Part shown: positions 61,201 to 64,000 of the stretch, piece after piece
How the letters are laid out: every line of letters starts with the position of its first letter
Numbering within the stretch: position 1 is the stretch's first letter
From: Macrostomum lignano
Lineage: Eukaryota
NCBI GenBank assembly: GCA_002269645.1
Contig: NIVC01000461.1
Span: 496,001 to 560,000, forward strand
Direction: 5' to 3'
Length of the DNA stretch: 64,000 nucleotides
Notes under the pieces: model-generated
Told to the model about the DNA's origin: nothing
Database searches by the model: none
The model's input: only the letters and a program-made list of their open reading frames with translations
Position numbers and translations under genes: made by a program

Positions 61201-64000
61201 CAACAGTACATCAGAATCGCCATCAACAACAACACATTAGAATCGCCCATCAACAGCAACACATTAGCATCGCCCTCAACAACAGTACATTAGAATCGCC
61301 ATCAACAACAACAACACATTAGAATCGCCATCAACAACAGTACATCAGAATCGCCATCAACAACAACACATTAGAATCGCCCATCAACAACAACACATTA
61401 GAATCGCCCATCAACAACAGTAAATCAGAATCGCTCATCAACAACAGCACATTAGAATCGCTCATTAACAACAGTACATCAGAATCGCTCATCAGCAGTA
61501 CATCAGAATCGCTTATCAACAACAGCACATTAGAATCGCCCATCAACAACAACACATTAGAATCGCCCTCAACAACAGTACATTAGAATCGCCATCAACA
61601 ACAACAACACATTAGAATCGCCGTCAACAACAGCACATTAGAATCGCCATCAACAACAGTACATCAGAATCGCTCATGAGCAGCACATCAGAATCGCTCA
61701 TGAGCAGTACATCAGAATCGCTCATCAGCAGTACATCAGAATCGCTTATCAACAACAGCACATTAGAATCGCCATCAACAACAGCACATTAGAATCGCCG
61801 TCAGCAACAGCACATTAGAATCGCCATCAACAACAGCAAATTAGAATCGCCATCAACAACAGCACATTAGAATCGCCATCAACAACAGTACATCGGAATT
61901 GCCCCTCAACAAGAGTACATCAGAATCGCTCATCAACAACAGCACATTAGAATCGCCATCAACAACAACAACACATTAGAATCGCCCTCAACAACAGCAC
62001 ATTAGAATCGCCATCAACAACAACACATTAGAATCGCCGTCAACAATAGCACATTAGAATCGCTCATCAACAACAGTAAATCAGAATCGCTCATCAACAA
62101 CAGCACATTAGAATCGCCCATCAACAACAACACATTAGAATCGCCATCAACAACAGTACATCAGAATCGCCATCAACAACAACACATTAGAATCGCCCAT
62201 CAACAGCAACACATTAGAATCGCCCATCAACAACAACACATTAGCATCGCCCTCAACAACAGTACATTAGAATCGCCATCAACAACAACAACACATTAGA
62301 ATCGCCATCAACAACAGTACATCAGAATCGCCATCAACAACAACACATAAGAATCGCCGTCAACAATAGCACATTAGAATCGCTCATCAACAACAGTAAA
62401 TCAGAATCGCTCATCAACAACAGCACATTAGAATCGCCCATCAACAACAACACATTAGAATCGCCCTCAACAACAGCACATTAGAATCGCCATCAACAAC
62501 AACACATTAGAATCGCCGTCAACAATAGCACATTAGAATCGCTCATCAACAACAGTAAATCAGAATCGCTCATCAACAACAGCACATTAGAATCGCCCAT
62601 CAACAACAACACATTAGAATCGCCCTCAACAACAGCACATTAGAATCGCCATCAACAACAACAACACATTAGAATCGCCCTCAACAACAGCACATTAGAA
62701 TCGCCATCAACAACAACACATTAGAATCGCCGTCAACAATAGCACATTAGAATCGCTCATCAACAACAGTAAATCAGAATCGCTCATCAACAACAGCACA
62801 TTAGAATCGCCCATCAACAACAACACATTAGAATCGCCATCAACAACAGTACATCAGAATCGCCATCAACAACAACACATTAGAATCGCCCATCAACAGC
62901 AACACATCAGAATCGCCCATCAACAACAACACATTAGCATCGCCCTCAACAACAGTACATTAGAATCGCCATCAACAACAACAACACATTAGAATCGCCA
63001 TCAACAACAGTACATCAGAATCGCCATCAACAACAACACATTAGAATCGCCCATCAACAACAACACATTAGAATCGCCCATCAACAACAGTAAATCAGAA
63101 TCGCTCATCAACAACAGCACATTAGAATCGCTCATTAACAACAGTACATCAGAATCGCTCATCAGCAGTACATCAGAATCGCTTATCAACAACAGCACAT
63201 TAGAATCGCCCATCAACAACAACACATTAGAATCGCCCTCAACAACAGTACATTAGAATCGCCATCAACAACAACAACACATTAGAATCGCCGTCAACAA
63301 CAGCACATTAGAATCGCCATCAACAACAGTACATCAGAATCGCTCATGAGCAGCACATCAGAATCGCTCATGAGCAGTACATCAGAATCGCTCATCAGCA
63401 GTACATCAGAATCGCTTATCAACAACAGCACATTAGAATCGCCATCAACAACAGCACATTAGAATCGCCGTCAGCAACAGCACATTAGAATCGCCATCAA
63501 CAACAGCAAATTAGAATCGCCATCAACAACAGCACATTAGAATCGCCATCAACAACAGTACATCGGAATTGCCCCTCAACAAGAGTACATCAGAATCGCT
63601 CATCAACAACAGCACATTAGAATCGCCATCAACAACAACAACACATTAGAATCGCCCTCAACAACAGCACATTAGAATCGCCATCAACAACAACACATTA
63701 GAATCGCCGTCAACAATAGCACATTAGAATCGCTCATCAACAACAGTAAATCAGAATCGCTCATCAACAACAGCACATTAGAATCGCCCATCAACAACAA
63801 CACATTAGAATCGCCATCAACAACAGTACATCAGAATCGCCATCAACAACAACACATTAGAATCGCCCATCAACAACAACACATTAGAATCGCCCATCAA
63901 CAACAACACATTAGAATCGCCCTCAACAACAGTACATTAGAATCGCCATCAACAACAACAACACATTAGAATCGCCATCAACAACAGTACATCAGAATCG
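58300..64000. repeat. 24-29-bp satellite (CAGCACATTAGAATCGCCATCAACAA), >5.7 kb, with a 1670-bp higher-order repeat
   Basis: Visible array running off the right edge. Identical variant blocks lie at 61681/63351, and the identical ORFs at 61331 and 63001 are 1670 bp apart. Confidence 0.98.

Overview
Eukaryotic (metazoan invertebrate) genomic DNA, not prokaryotic. GC-rich spliced exons sit in AT-rich spacer crowded with minisatellites; this is reminiscent of macrostomid flatworm DNA, but that assignment is inference. Genes reconstructed by hand from GT-AG junctions and reading phase, minus strand: PSMD3/Rpn3 (3' end outside the window), an LMBR1-family gene, intronless ZRANB2, two tandem COX7A-like genes (long and short) and 5-exon DCAF6. 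On the plus strand there is a DUSP8/16-type MAP kinase phosphatase with a probable alternative rhodanese-less first exon. Mobile DNA: a 4.86-kb element with ~524-bp TIRs and an 8-bp TSD, a decayed full-length mariner, an 828-bp mariner-derived foldback, several MITEs with clear TSDs, and SINE remnants. Most striking observation: two MITEs with different terminal repeats (19816-20113 and ~39497-39776) each carry the same ungapped 61-nt module homologous to the conserved 28S rRNA helix 69-71 region. Its divergence from 28S is concentrated at the core that R2 retrotransposons and I-PpoI attack. Also notable: a MITE whose central core is flipped between copies, and splice acceptors immediately upstream of six start codons (possible SL trans-splicing).
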